The position numbers were made by a program, and so were the translations under genes. Positions 21,145-21,730 of a stretch of DNA of 21,730 nucleotides are shown here, in pieces. Each line of letters begins with the position of its first letter. The stretch's first letter is position 1. The notes under the pieces were generated by a model. That model saw nothing but the letters and a program-made list of their open reading frames with translations. It did no database searches and was not told the DNA's origin. The stretch is from Chiloscyllium plagiosum (lineage: Eukaryota), in contig NC_057719.1 in NCBI RefSeq assembly GCF_004010195.1, positions 70,022,719 to 70,044,448 on the forward strand, written 5' to 3'.

Positions 21145-21625
21145 GGATGGGTGGGACAAAGACAAAAGGAAGATCTGTGATAGGTGGAAAGGTTGAATGA
21201 CAAAAGAGTAAATTTTTAATGCTGAAGGAAATAATGGTGGGCCAAGCAAAGGAACAAATAATGTGCCTAGAGCAAACATGCTCCTATTGTAAAGTGAAAT
21301 TAAGAATAAAGTGAAACAAACCATGCGAAGAAAAGGTAACTGAAAAGATGGTTGAAGATTGAACTCAATATTCAGGCCTTAAGACTATAAAATGTGCTAT
21401 TACTCATGCTTAACCTTCACTGGAAAATCAGGCAGGTTAAGGGAAACAGACGTTATGATGTATGCCAAATAAAGAATTAAAACAAGCCAAGGAAGCCCAG
21501 AGTTATGCTTGTACAGTGAAGGGAGATATTCTGCGAAGTGATCATTGAATCTGCATTTGGTCTCCTCAGTACAGAGGACTCTGCATTTCCGAGAGTAAAT
21601 ACAAGATATTAAACCGGAAATCACA
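21145..21625 (-). mobile_element. Penelope-like retroelement fragment: degenerate GIY-YIG endonuclease plus 3' UTR
   Basis: ORF 21400-21624 reads LISCIYSRKCRVLCTEETKCRFNDHFAEYL, a decayed form of LIYCI.C..C.LLYIGETKRRL..RF.EHL. A terminal GLNIEFN lies at ~21358-21378. Confidence 0.85.
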
Positions 21626-21641
21626 GCTTTACATACAAAAT

Positions 21642-21730
21642 GGGGACATGGGATAGCTTTGGCAAATAGAATTAAGGAGAATCCAAAGGGTTTTTACAAA
21701 TATATTAAGGACAAAAGGGTAATGAGGGAG
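21642..21730 (+). mobile_element. Start of a young 5'-truncated CR1 LINE (runs off the window)
   Basis: 21644-21730 is open: GHGIALANRIKENPKGFYKYIKDKRVMRE, containing the KxNPKxF(Y/W) tether motif of CR1 ORF2. Confidence 0.85.

Noticed and set aside
1..21730. CRISPR array, operon or other prokaryotic system
   Set aside because: No regularly spaced repeats or long ORFs; the sequence is spliceosomal-intron DNA of a vertebrate gene.

Overview
AT-rich vertebrate genomic DNA. The repeat repertoire (CR1 and L2 LINEs, Penelope-like elements, tRNA-derived SINEs) points to a cartilaginous fish, probably a carpet/bamboo shark; this is inference. The window lies inside the neuronal KH-domain splicing-regulator gene NOVA1, transcribed on the minus strand. 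Two exons are present: the 167-nt exon 3 (7457-7623, end of KH1 plus linker) and the 72-nt alternative, autoregulated exon 4 (2069-2140, TLPSSPTTTKSTPSDPMTTTRANQ). Exon 4 sits in a dense YCAY (NOVA-binding) cluster with RBFOX motifs and extra donor-like sites nearby. The rest is intronic. Upstream of exon 3 (intron 2) the sequence is packed with nested retroelement relics. Several carry Penelope-type minimal hammerhead-ribozyme cores: a ~120-bp insertion flanked by a target-site duplication, a related longer copy, and a 194-bp head-to-head palindrome inserted in a CR1 LINE. Exon numbering and family assignments rely on recalled sequences, not database searches. No prokaryotic features or CRISPR arrays are present.
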